From the NCBI GenBank assembly GCA_035498875.1, contig DATJZP010000061.1:71321-135320 (forward strand): DNA of 64,000 nt, written 5' to 3'. The notes beneath the pieces are model-generated. The model saw only the letters and a list, made by a program, of their open reading frames with translations. It was not told the DNA's origin and ran no database searches. Numbering within the stretch: position 1 is the first letter of the stretch; every line of letters begins with the position of its first letter. The DNA is from Myxococcota bacterium (lineage in GTDB: Bacteria > Myxococcota_A > UBA9160 > SZUA-336). This document shows positions 19,982 to 28,036 of this stretch, in pieces. The translations under genes were made by a program, and so were the position numbers.

Positions 19982-20302
19982 TTGAAGAGAATCGGAAGCA
20001 ACCTTCGGCCTGCGGACCAGAAGCCGCACCGCAACCTGCGCAGCATCATTCGCTACTCGACCAGCGAGAAGCCGTTCAACGACTACCCGCGCCGCATCCT
20101 GTCGCCGCCCACGCCCAAGGAGTGCTGCACGGACGAGAACCGCGAGCTCGTGGGCAACACCCGCGAGATCGACGGCTTCAAGTTCTGCTACAAGATCTGC
20201 AAGACCTGCGGGCACGCCGTCCGCTACTTCTACCCCGCAGTCGAGAGCAACGACGAGGCCGTGAGCAAGTACCGCGCGTGGAAGCGCTACATGGCTCAGT
20301 GA
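19982..20302 (+). CDS. Cys-rich small protein (106 aa), candidate substrate or partner of adjacent radical-SAM/SPASM enzyme
   Basis: Five Cys residues: CC at 46-47 and FCYKICKTCGH at 69-76. Basic N-terminal half. Starts 4 nt after the NRDE stop and lies 39 nt upstream of the rSAM gene. Lower GC3 codons (aga, gga, ctt). Confidence 0.55.
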   Translation: MKRIGSNLRPADQKPHRNLRSIIRYSTSEKPFNDYPRRILSPPTPKECCTDENRELVGNTREIDGFKFCYKICKTCGHAVRYFYPAVESNDEAVSKYRAWKRYMAQ

Positions 20303-20341
20303 CTCGCGCCCGCTGACTCACGCCTCTCGGGGGGAAGGCTC

Positions 20342-21376
20342 GTGAAGCTCTGGAACAGAGCTCGAATCGCTCGCGAAGAGCTGCGGTTCCTGTCGCCGCG
20401 GAAGCTGTACAACCTCGCGCTCGAGGCGATCGCGCCGCGGCTCGGCCTTGTTACGCTGCCCTACAAGCCGACCAAGATCACGGTCGAGTCGGGCAACGTC
20501 TGCAACCTGCGCTGTCCGCTCTGTCCCACCGGGCAGGGCGACCGCTCGGCGCAGAAGGGCATGCTGCCCTGGGACACGTTCGTGAAGGTCCTCGACCAGC
20601 TCGACAAGGACCTGATCACGCTGCGCCTGTACAACTGGGGTGAGCCGCTCTTGAACAAGCACATCGTGAAGATGTGCCAGCTCGCCTACGACCGGCGCGT
20701 GTCGGTGAAGCTGTCGAGTCACTTGAACGACCTGACGCCCGAGCTGGCCGAGGGCCTGCTGCGCGCCAAGGTGAAGAAGATCTACATCTCGGCCGACGGC
20801 GCCACGCCGGAGAGCTACGCGATCTACCGGCGCGGCGGTGACTGGAAGCGGGTGATGGACAACATCCGCATGCTGGTGGCCAAGAAGAAGGAGCTGGACG
20901 CGTACTTCACGCGCGTGGTCTGGCTCTTCCACGTGTTCCGGCACAACGAGCACGAGGTGCCGATCGCGCGCAAGCTGGCCGCCGAGCTCGGCGTCGAGCT
21001 GCAGCTCAACAAGGCGCGCACAGACATGGGCAAGGAGATCTTCGAGACCGCCGAGCAGGCGCTCGAGCGCGATGGTCACTGGCTGCCCGAGTCGAGCGAG
21101 TATCTCGCGTACGACCGCGAAGAGAAGACCGCCCAGCGCGAGGCGATGTGCACGCTGCCCTGGAAGGACACCGCCATCAACTGGGACGGCAAGGTGCTGG
21201 CCTGTTGCAGCGTGTACAGCGAGAAGCACCACTACGGCTCGATCCACGAGCACGACTTCGGCGAGATCTGGAACGGCGAGCTCTACACCGAGGCGCGCCG
21301 CGAGATCGTCGGCCAGTCACCGACCAAAGACACGATCTGCAAGACCTGCAAGCACAACGGCTACTTGTTCTTGTAG
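20342..21376 (+). CDS. radical SAM enzyme with C-terminal SPASM/twitch-like Cys cluster
   Basis: CNLRCPLC is a CxxxCxxC motif and NWGEPLL binds SAM. C-terminal AINWDGKVLACCSVY...ICKTCKHNGY matches the SPASM pattern (I-x-x-DG-x-V-x-x-C). Length 344 aa. Confidence 0.8.
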   Translation: MKLWNRARIAREELRFLSPRKLYNLALEAIAPRLGLVTLPYKPTKITVESGNVCNLRCPLCPTGQGDRSAQKGMLPWDTFVKVLDQLDKDLITLRLYNWGEPLLNKHIVKMCQLAYDRRVSVKLSSHLNDLTPELAEGLLRAKVKKIYISADGATPESYAIYRRGGDWKRVMDNIRMLVAKKKELDAYFTRVVWLFHVFRHNEHEVPIARKLAAELGVELQLNKARTDMGKEIFETAEQALERDGHWLPESSEYLAYDREEKTAQREAMCTLPWKDTAINWDGKVLACCSVYSEKHHYGSIHEHDFGEIWNGELYTEARREIVGQSPTKDTICKTCKHNGYLFL

Positions 21377-21501
21377 GCGGAGTCATGGGTTAGTCTCTCG
21401 ACCTGCCGGTCACCGAGACTCGAGTGATCGAGTGTGTGGCGGTCGGAGCTAAAGTCAGTGCCCATCCAGCGCCGTTCAACCTCCCGGAGGCTGGAGGCGC
21501 G

Positions 21502-21999
21502 ATGGCGATCAAGTGCAAGGTCTGCGATTCGGGCACCCTTTCGCGGAAGAGGAAGTACCGCCTGAGTGGGCCCGCGGTGTTCATCGGCTACGTCCTCCTG
21601 ATTCCCTCGGTGTTTGGCGTTTTGCTGGGCGGGCTCATGCTGGTCGCGTCCGGCGGGGTCGGAGTCGCAGCCCCGACTGCAGCGAGGACCGCCATGGTCG
21701 AACAGCTGCAACGTGCAGACATTCCTCAGCCGATCATCGAAGAAGTGGTCGCGACGAACGACGTGAGTTCGAGCAGCCTCGTTCAGTTGACGTCTGCCCA
21801 GGTCGAGGCGATCGACAGCGCCAAACTGGCTCGTAGTGCAGGAGCCACGGGCGCCGCTGCGGGCGCGGTGATTGCGGGGGGAGTCTCCATCTTCTTGATG
21901 GTCGCTTCCCTCTGCAGTGGCCTGCTGGGTTGGCTGCTGACGATGAAGAAGAGAGTGCTCCAGTGCGGTGACTGCGAAGCGGTCGTTCAAGCGTCCTGA
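21502..21999 (+). CDS. small membrane protein with split zinc ribbon (N-terminal CxxC, two TM helices, C-terminal CxxC)
   Basis: MAIKCKVCDSG ... two hydrophobic helices ... LQCGDCEAV. Start taken at the ATG at 21502 rather than the track start 21424. Codon usage is more AT3-rich than the flanks. Confidence 0.5.
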   Translation: MAIKCKVCDSGTLSRKRKYRLSGPAVFIGYVLLIPSVFGVLLGGLMLVASGGVGVAAPTAARTAMVEQLQRADIPQPIIEEVVATNDVSSSSLVQLTSAQVEAIDSAKLARSAGATGAAAGAVIAGGVSIFLMVASLCSGLLGWLLTMKKRVLQCGDCEAVVQAS

Positions 22000-22007
22000 C
22001 TGAGGCC

Positions 22008-23144
22008 CTAGTCGACGAACTCGAACGCCTGCGGGTTGGCGAGCAGCGCGCCATGGGCGGTGAAGCGCCAGTGCGGCGGTGAGTTGAAGCGGCCGTAGGG
22101 CGCGAGCGCGGCCAGCGCGCGGCCGATCACCTGGTCGGCCGGCTGGCGGGGCAGCGCCGTGCCCGGGTCGAGCAGCTCGACGCGGGCGCCGTCGAGCCGC
22201 ACCGGGCGGAGCGCGGGCAGGCCCAGGCGCTCGAGCTGGTGCGCGCGCACCCAGCAGCGCAGTGACTCCTCGGCGCCGAGCTCGAGCCGCAGCGTCTTGG
22301 CGCCGGCGCGCGCGCGCACCACCCAGCCCGCGCCCTCGCGCGCCAGGTTGCGGCCCTCGGAGAGCGCGGCGGCGGCGGCGCGGCGCGCGTCGCGGCTGCG
22401 GATGCGCCGGAACTCGGGCCAGATCTTCTGCCAGGCGGCGCGGCGCTCGGCCCGGCCGGCGCCGGGCCCGAGATAGCTGCGCAGGAAGCGCAGCCGCTCC
22501 GTGCGAGTCACTCCGAAGTCGCGGCGGTGCAGCTTGGCCAGCTGCCTGAAGCCACGCTCGCCCAGCGGCCCGCGGCGCACGCGCGCGCGCTCGAAGTCGA
22601 TCAGCACGAAAGCGCCATCCGGGCGCAACAGGAAGTTGTTGGGCGAGAAGTCGTCCTGGTCGACGCCCAGGTCGTGGAGCTTGCGCGCGAACGCGGCGAA
22701 GCGCTCGAGTAACTCGCGGCGCTCCGCGGTCCGTTCGCGCAGGCCTTCGAGCACGGCGCGCAGGTCGCGCGCGCCGACGTCGCGACTCACCGCGAAGCTG
22801 CGCTCGAGCAGGCCGCGCCGCCGCACTTCGCCCACCGCCACCGGCCGCGCCACGTCGAGCCCGAGCGCGGCGATCCGGCGCGCCACGTCGCGCTCGCGCC
22901 GCGCCTTCGAGGGGCGCAGGAAATAGCGCCAGCGCGCGGCCGCTGGCAGCGAGAACACCTTCACGTACAGCGCCGGCTCGCCACCGGCGTCGAGCCGGTA
23001 GAAGCGTTTGCGGCCGGCGGACTCGCGAGCCACACTGCCCGGACCCGCGAGCACGCGCTCGGGCTCCGCCAAGAGGGCCTCGAGGCGCGGAGTGCGCTCG
23101 CCGTCGACCCACCAGCGAAGGCTCGTCTCGGAGCGCGCCATCAC
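22008..23144 (-). CDS. lipopolysaccharide/Kdo kinase family protein (PF06293-like)
   Basis: DFSPNNFLL catalytic-loop motif typical of KdkA/WaaP-like kinases, and a Lys-containing YVKVF. Length 378 aa. Confidence 0.7.
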   Translation of the reverse strand: MMARSETSLRWWVDGERTPRLEALLAEPERVLAGPGSVARESAGRKRFYRLDAGGEPALYVKVFSLPAAARWRYFLRPSKARRERDVARRIAALGLDVARPVAVGEVRRRGLLERSFAVSRDVGARDLRAVLEGLRERTAERRELLERFAAFARKLHDLGVDQDDFSPNNFLLRPDGAFVLIDFERARVRRGPLGERGFRQLAKLHRRDFGVTRTERLRFLRSYLGPGAGRAERRAAWQKIWPEFRRIRSRDARRAAAAALSEGRNLAREGAGWVVRARAGAKTLRLELGAEESLRCWVRAHQLERLGLPALRPVRLDGARVELLDPGTALPRQPADQVIGRALAALAPYGRFNSPPHWRFTAHGALLANPQAFEFVD

Positions 23145-23165
23145 GAGGCCCCAAGGCTAGCAGAG

Positions 23166-24461
23166 ATGTCGATCGAAACGCTGCGCGAAGCCGAGCGCTA
23201 TCTCGACGGACTCATCAACCGCGAGCAGAAGACTCAGTACGACTACGAGCGACTCGGGCTCGGTCCGATCCGCGCGCTGCTCGCCGCTGCCGGCCACCCG
23301 GAGCGCGGCTTCCCGTGTCTCTTGATCGCGGGCTCGAAGGGGAAGGGCACCACCACGCTCGCCGCCGAGCAGCTGCTGCGCGCCGCCGGACGGCGCGTGG
23401 GCACGTTCACCAAGCCCCATCTCGAGAGCTGGCGCGAGCGCTTCCGGATCGACGGCGAGCTCGTGCCCGAGGCCGACCTGGTGCGCGCGCTCGCCGACCT
23501 GCAGCCCGCGATCGAGGCGCTGCGCGGCGACACCGAACGGTGTCCCAGCTTCTTCGACGTGACCGTCGCGCTGGCGCTGCTGCTGTTCCGGCGCGCGGGC
23601 GCGGACGTGGGCGCGATCGAGGTGGGGCTGGGCGGACGGCTCGATTCGACCAACGCGGTCGACGCGCGCGTCACCGTGGTCACGGCGATCCAGCTCGAGC
23701 ACACCGACAAGCTCGGCGACACGCTCGAGGCGATCGGCCGCGAGAAGGCGGGCATCTTCCGCAAGGGCGTGCCGGCGCTGCACGGGCCGCTGCACCCCGA
23801 GGCCTGGGGCGCGATCGCCGCGCAGGCGATCGCCGCCGACGCCCCGCTCGACGAAGTGACTGCCCACGAGGCGCGCTGCGACCACGACGGCATCCGCTTC
23901 CGGCTGGCCGACGGCCGCGCGCTGCAGAGCCCGGTGCTCGGCGTCCACCAGGCCACGAACCTGGCGCTGGCCGTGCGTGCGGTCGAAGTCTGGCTGGGCC
24001 GACAGCTCTCGGCGCGCGAGCTCGAGTCACTGGGCGCGCTGCGCCTGCCCGCGCGGCTCGAGCGGATCGGCGAGGCGCTGGTCGACGACGCTCACACGCC
24101 CGACTCGGCGCGCGCGCTGCGCGAGACGCTCGAGCGCTTGTGGCCGGGCACGCGCTTCGCGTTCGTGCTCTCGATCTCGCGCGACAAGGACGCCGCGGGG
24201 CTGCTCGCCGAGCTCGCGCCGGTGACTCGCGCCTGCGTCGCGACCGCGGCCGAGCCCACGCGCTCGCTCGATCCGGAGGAGCTGGCCACGCTGGCCTGGG
24301 CCGCGGGCATCGAAAAGGTCGAGAGCGAGCCCGATCCGCTGCAGGCGCTGGCGCGCGCGCGGTCGCTGCTCTTGCCCGGCGACCGGCTGTGCGTCACCGG
24401 CTCGATCTTTCTCGCGGGCCGGCTGCGCCGCCACTTGGTGGCCGCGGCGGGCCCCGTGTAG
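23166..24461 (+). CDS. folC: bifunctional folylpolyglutamate synthase/dihydrofolate synthase
   Basis: IAGSKGKGTT P-loop, IEVGLGGRLDSTN, and Mur-ligase family architecture. Length 431 aa. Confidence 0.85.
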   Translation: MSIETLREAERYLDGLINREQKTQYDYERLGLGPIRALLAAAGHPERGFPCLLIAGSKGKGTTTLAAEQLLRAAGRRVGTFTKPHLESWRERFRIDGELVPEADLVRALADLQPAIEALRGDTERCPSFFDVTVALALLLFRRAGADVGAIEVGLGGRLDSTNAVDARVTVVTAIQLEHTDKLGDTLEAIGREKAGIFRKGVPALHGPLHPEAWGAIAAQAIAADAPLDEVTAHEARCDHDGIRFRLADGRALQSPVLGVHQATNLALAVRAVEVWLGRQLSARELESLGALRLPARLERIGEALVDDAHTPDSARALRETLERLWPGTRFAFVLSISRDKDAAGLLAELAPVTRACVATAAEPTRSLDPEELATLAWAAGIEKVESEPDPLQALARARSLLLPGDRLCVTGSIFLAGRLRRHLVAAAGPV

Positions 24462-24488
24462 ACTGCCGCCCCCCGACGCGAACATCGG

Positions 24489-24512
24489 AGCGTGGGTAGG
24501 GTGCCCACGCGA
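24489..24512. repeat. REP-like palindromic element copy 3 (aGCGTGGG-TAGGGTG-CCCACGCga)
   Basis: Same core as the other copies. Intergenic between folC and the maoC-like gene. Confidence 0.8.
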
Positions 24513-24535
24513 AAATCGGTACCGGAGACCCCCCG

Positions 24536-25600
24536 TTGGCCTTGATCCGCAAGAAGACCGGCAACTTTCTCGAAGACTTCCGACTCGGTCAGCTGTTCCG
24601 GCACAAGGGCGGACGCACCGTGACCGAGGGCCTCACCGCTCACTTCACCGACTTCTCGTTCACCGCCAACCCGCTGCACCGCAACCTGCGCTACGCGCAG
24701 CGCTACGGCTACGAGGCGATGCCGATCACGCCCGGGCTGGTGATGGCGGTGGCGTTCAGTCAGACCGTGGAAGACATCTCCGAGAACGCGCGCGCCAACC
24801 TCGAGTACATCGACATGCGCTTCGGCGCGACGGTCTACGTGGGTGACACGATCGAGACCGAGACCACGGTGCTGGGCGTCCGGAGCTCGTCGAGCCGGCC
24901 CGAGCTCGGCGTCGTGCACGTGCAGAGCATCGCGCGCAAGCAGACCGGCCAGATCGTGCTCGCCTACCAGCGCAAGGTGCAGGTGTTCCGGCACGAGGCC
25001 AGCGCCAAGCTCGACGAGGGCGAGCTGCCGGCGGCGCCGGTCGACGTGGCGCTCGAGCTCCCGGCCTACGACTCCAACGCCGGCTATGCCGAGCTCGCGC
25101 ACCTGTCGAACGCCGACACCTACTTCGAGGACTTCACCCCTGGAGACACGATCGAGCACTCGCGCGGCCGCGTGATGACCGACGAGCACATCTTCCTGAC
25201 CGGCATGCTCGACAACACCAGCCAGGTGCACTGCAACCAGACCATGATCGACCGCGATCCCAGCCGCTATCTCGGCGGGAAGCTCGTGGTCTACGGCGGC
25301 ATTCCGTTCACGCTGTGTCTCGGTCTTTCGAGCCCCGACATCTCGGACAACAGCCTGGGCGACATCGTGTACAAGACCGGCCGCCACACCGCGCCGATCT
25401 TCTCGGGCGACACCGTCTTCGCCTCGACCGAGATCCGCGGCAAGAAGGACTACGCCGGCCGCCCCGACCTGGGCCGGCTCGAAGTCACCCTGCGCGGTCA
25501 CAAGTTCGAGCGCTCGGGCAGCGAGGAGAAACGCGTGCAGATCTTCGAGCTCGAGCGCGAGCTGACGGTCAAGCGCCGCACTCACTACGCGAAGTCTTAG
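24536..25600 (+). CDS. MaoC-family dehydratase with double hotdog fold
   Basis: Two hotdog halves across 354 aa (mesaconyl-CoA hydratase or (R)-enoyl-CoA hydratase-like). No Cys-rich or cofactor motifs. Confidence 0.7.
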   Translation: MALIRKKTGNFLEDFRLGQLFRHKGGRTVTEGLTAHFTDFSFTANPLHRNLRYAQRYGYEAMPITPGLVMAVAFSQTVEDISENARANLEYIDMRFGATVYVGDTIETETTVLGVRSSSSRPELGVVHVQSIARKQTGQIVLAYQRKVQVFRHEASAKLDEGELPAAPVDVALELPAYDSNAGYAELAHLSNADTYFEDFTPGDTIEHSRGRVMTDEHIFLTGMLDNTSQVHCNQTMIDRDPSRYLGGKLVVYGGIPFTLCLGLSSPDISDNSLGDIVYKTGRHTAPIFSGDTVFASTEIRGKKDYAGRPDLGRLEVTLRGHKFERSGSEEKRVQIFELERELTVKRRTHYAKS

Positions 25601-25755
25601 GGCTGTACCGCGCGCGGGCGGCCGCGCGCTAGCCCCTCCGCTCGGCTGCGCCTCGCTGCGCGCCTTCGGCTTGCCGGCTGGCGCTGGACCCGGCGCCAGC
25701 TGCTGCCTCTGGTGACTCTAAAGTCCCGGAGTGTCTTCGCCGAAGCAGTCATGTC

Positions 25756-26094
25756 ATGAAGAGGAAGCTGCTGACGTTCCTGCTGGTCCTCGTGTTGCCT
25801 TCGGGCTTCGTGCATGCCGACTGCTGGCCAGGCAATCCTGGCTACCGCGAGTGTCTGAACAACCAGGGTTCGACGCTTCGCGCGATGCAAGCGCAAGAGG
25901 CACTCGATCGGCAAGCGGCCGCCCAGGAAGAGCAGGTCCGTCTAATGAGGCAGCAGCTCCAGCTGCAGCAAGAGATGATGAGACAGCAACAAATCCAGCA
26001 AGCGCCGCCCGGCTCGGCGTACCAGCGGATGTTGATCCTCAATCAGGGCTTTCAGAAGTTCAACTGCAGCGTGACGCCTCAAAACTGCAGATAG
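25756..26094 (+). CDS. small secreted Gln-rich protein with four Cys (signal peptide, 112 aa)
   Basis: MKRKLLTFLLVLVLPSGFVHA signal. DCWPGNPGYREC ... FNCSVTPQNC gives two Cys pairs. A QQ-rich helical middle segment. Markedly lower GC and GC3 than neighbours. Confidence 0.55.
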   Translation: MKRKLLTFLLVLVLPSGFVHADCWPGNPGYRECLNNQGSTLRAMQAQEALDRQAAAQEEQVRLMRQQLQLQQEMMRQQQIQQAPPGSAYQRMLILNQGFQKFNCSVTPQNCR

Positions 26095-26107
26095 CGGCGC
26101 CCGCTCG

Positions 26108-28036
26108 TCAGCTCGCGGCTTGTAGCTCCACGAAGTGCCGGTACGCGCCGCCTGGAATGGCGACCAGCTCGGAGTGAGTCCCGCGCTCTTCGATCACTCC
26201 ATCGCGCAGGAACAGGATCTGGTCGGCCTCGCGCACGGTCGTGAGCCGGTGCGAGACCAGTAAGACGATCCGGTCGCGCGCGGCCTCGCGCAGCGCGCTC
26301 ACCAGCCGGCGCTCGGTCTCGGGGTCGAGCGCCGAGCTGGGCTCGTCGAGGATCAGGATCGGCGCGTCGCGGAGCAGCGCGCGCGCGATCGCCAGCCGCT
26401 GCTTCTGGCCGACCGAGAGACCCGCGCCGCCGCGACCCAGGCGCGTGGCCCAGCCGTCGGGCAGCGCGCGCACGAACTCGTCGACGCCCGCGATCTGCGC
26501 CGCGCGCCGCAGCTCGAAGTCGCTCGCGCCGGGCTTGGCCAGGCGCAGGTTCTGCTCGAGCGTGCCCGCGAACAGCGCGGTCTCCTGGAACACGAACGCG
26601 ATCGCGGCGCGCAGCGAATCGAGCGTCACTTGGGCCACGTCCTGCTCGCCCACGAGCACCCGGCCGCGCTGCGGCGACAGGAAGCGCGGCACGTGCCAGA
26701 GCAGCGTCGTCTTGCCCGCGCCCGCGGGACCCACGATCGCCGTGACTGCTCCGCGGCGGGCTTCGAAGGACACGTCGCGCAGGCCCACACCCGCCTGCGG
26801 GTGAGTGAAGTCCACGTGCTCGAAGCGCAGCGACGCGGGCGGCCCGGCCAGGGCGTGTGCGCCCACGGCGTCGCGCTCGCTCTCCTCGTCGAGCAGCGCG
26901 AATACGCGCTCGAGTCCCGGCGCCGCGAGGTTCAAGGTGAACCAGAGCCCGCCCAGGTACGAGCACGCGACCATGATCTGCACGAAATAGGTGACGAGCA
27001 GCGACACGTCGCCCAGGCTGATCTGTCCGGCGATGCGCAGGTCGACCACCTCGAGGAAGGCGCCGCGCACGATCCACACGCCCGGCAGCAGCGCGCAGAA
27101 GATCCCGGCCATGGCCATGCCGATGACTCCCCGGTGCTCGCCGAACGAGGCCGAGCTGTCGCGGTCGAAGCGCGCGCGCTCGTGTGACTCGGCGCTCTGG
27201 CTCTGCACCGCCACGATGTTGGTGACGCCCTCCTCGAGCGCGCTGATCGTGGTCGAGCCGGCGGCGCGGCTGCGCAGCATGCGCCGCCGGACCAGCTCTG
27301 CGAACGGCCAGGTCGCGACCAGGACGGCGGCGCCGAGCGCGAACGCGTAGTAGGCGAGCTGGGGCGCGCGGTAGCTGTCCCAGAGCGCGTACGAGTAGAG
27401 CGCCACGGAGAGCGGAGACACGCACAGGATCAGGATCAGCCGGTAGCAGGTCGTGGTGATCGAGGGCGTGTCGTACATCAGCCGGTACACGGCATCGCCG
27501 ATGCGCGCGTCCTCGAGCTTCGAGAGCGGGAGGCTCTGGATGCGCTCGAACAGCTGCGAGCGGAAGTGGTGGGTCAGGTCCTGACTCAGTCGGATGGTCC
27601 AGCGGAAGTCGAGCCAGCCAATCAGGCCGCCCAGGAAGCTGAAGCCCAGATTGGCCGAGTTCTCGGTGGTGGTGGCGGCGTCCACGCCGCTGCCGAGGAA
27701 CGCCGTGGTCTGGTCGCGCTCGCCGCCACTCGTCCCGATCTGGCCGATCGCGACGAGCAGCACGCTCTGCGCAGCCACGGTGATCCAGAGCAGCTCCATG
27801 CGCGAGGCGCCGACCAGCGGCTCGAGCAGCGGCCGCACCAGGAACGGGAACGAGGCGATCCGGTCGGCGAGCGGCAGGTCGCCGATCACGTGGTCGATCA
27901 CGAGCTTGATCGGCACGGGCAGGACCAGCAGCGGCAGCACCGAGAGCGCCTGGAACAGTGTCTTCACCGCGAAGCGTCCGCGCAGCGGCCAGGCGAAGCG
28001 CAGCGCGCGCCACAGCGCGAGGAACGCGGGACTCAC
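26108..28036 (-). CDS. ABC transporter permease/ATP-binding fusion protein (exporter half-transporter)
   Basis: Six-helix TMD, then an NBD with Walker A GPAGAGKTT, signature LSVGQKQR and Walker B ILILDE. GTG start at 28036. The track N-terminal extension is spurious. Confidence 0.8.
   Translation of the reverse strand: MSPAFLALWRALRFAWPLRGRFAVKTLFQALSVLPLLVLPVPIKLVIDHVIGDLPLADRIASFPFLVRPLLEPLVGASRMELLWITVAAQSVLLVAIGQIGTSGGERDQTTAFLGSGVDAATTTENSANLGFSFLGGLIGWLDFRWTIRLSQDLTHHFRSQLFERIQSLPLSKLEDARIGDAVYRLMYDTPSITTTCYRLILILCVSPLSVALYSYALWDSYRAPQLAYYAFALGAAVLVATWPFAELVRRRMLRSRAAGSTTISALEEGVTNIVAVQSQSAESHERARFDRDSSASFGEHRGVIGMAMAGIFCALLPGVWIVRGAFLEVVDLRIAGQISLGDVSLLVTYFVQIMVACSYLGGLWFTLNLAAPGLERVFALLDEESERDAVGAHALAGPPASLRFEHVDFTHPQAGVGLRDVSFEARRGAVTAIVGPAGAGKTTLLWHVPRFLSPQRGRVLVGEQDVAQVTLDSLRAAIAFVFQETALFAGTLEQNLRLAKPGASDFELRRAAQIAGVDEFVRALPDGWATRLGRGGAGLSVGQKQRLAIARALLRDAPILILDEPSSALDPETERRLVSALREAARDRIVLLVSHRLTTVREADQILFLRDGVIEERGTHSELVAIPGGAYRHFVELQAAS

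Noticed and set aside
17527-20049. 840-aa minus-strand ORF antisense to the patatin and NRDE genes
   Set aside because: Arg/Ala/Gly-rich, low-complexity translation typical of out-of-frame reading of GC3-biased genes. The opposite strand encodes well-motifed proteins.
21361-23154. 597-aa minus-strand ORF spanning the Zn-ribbon gene and Kdo-kinase region
   Set aside because: Different frame from the motif-bearing 22008-23144 Kdo-kinase-family ORF. The composition is R/P/A-rich noise.
25600-25640. GC-rich imperfect hairpin after the maoC-like stop (GCGCGCGGGC GGCCGCGCGC)
   Set aside because: Imperfect arms and no U-tract. Such GC palindromes arise easily at this base composition. Not reported as a feature.
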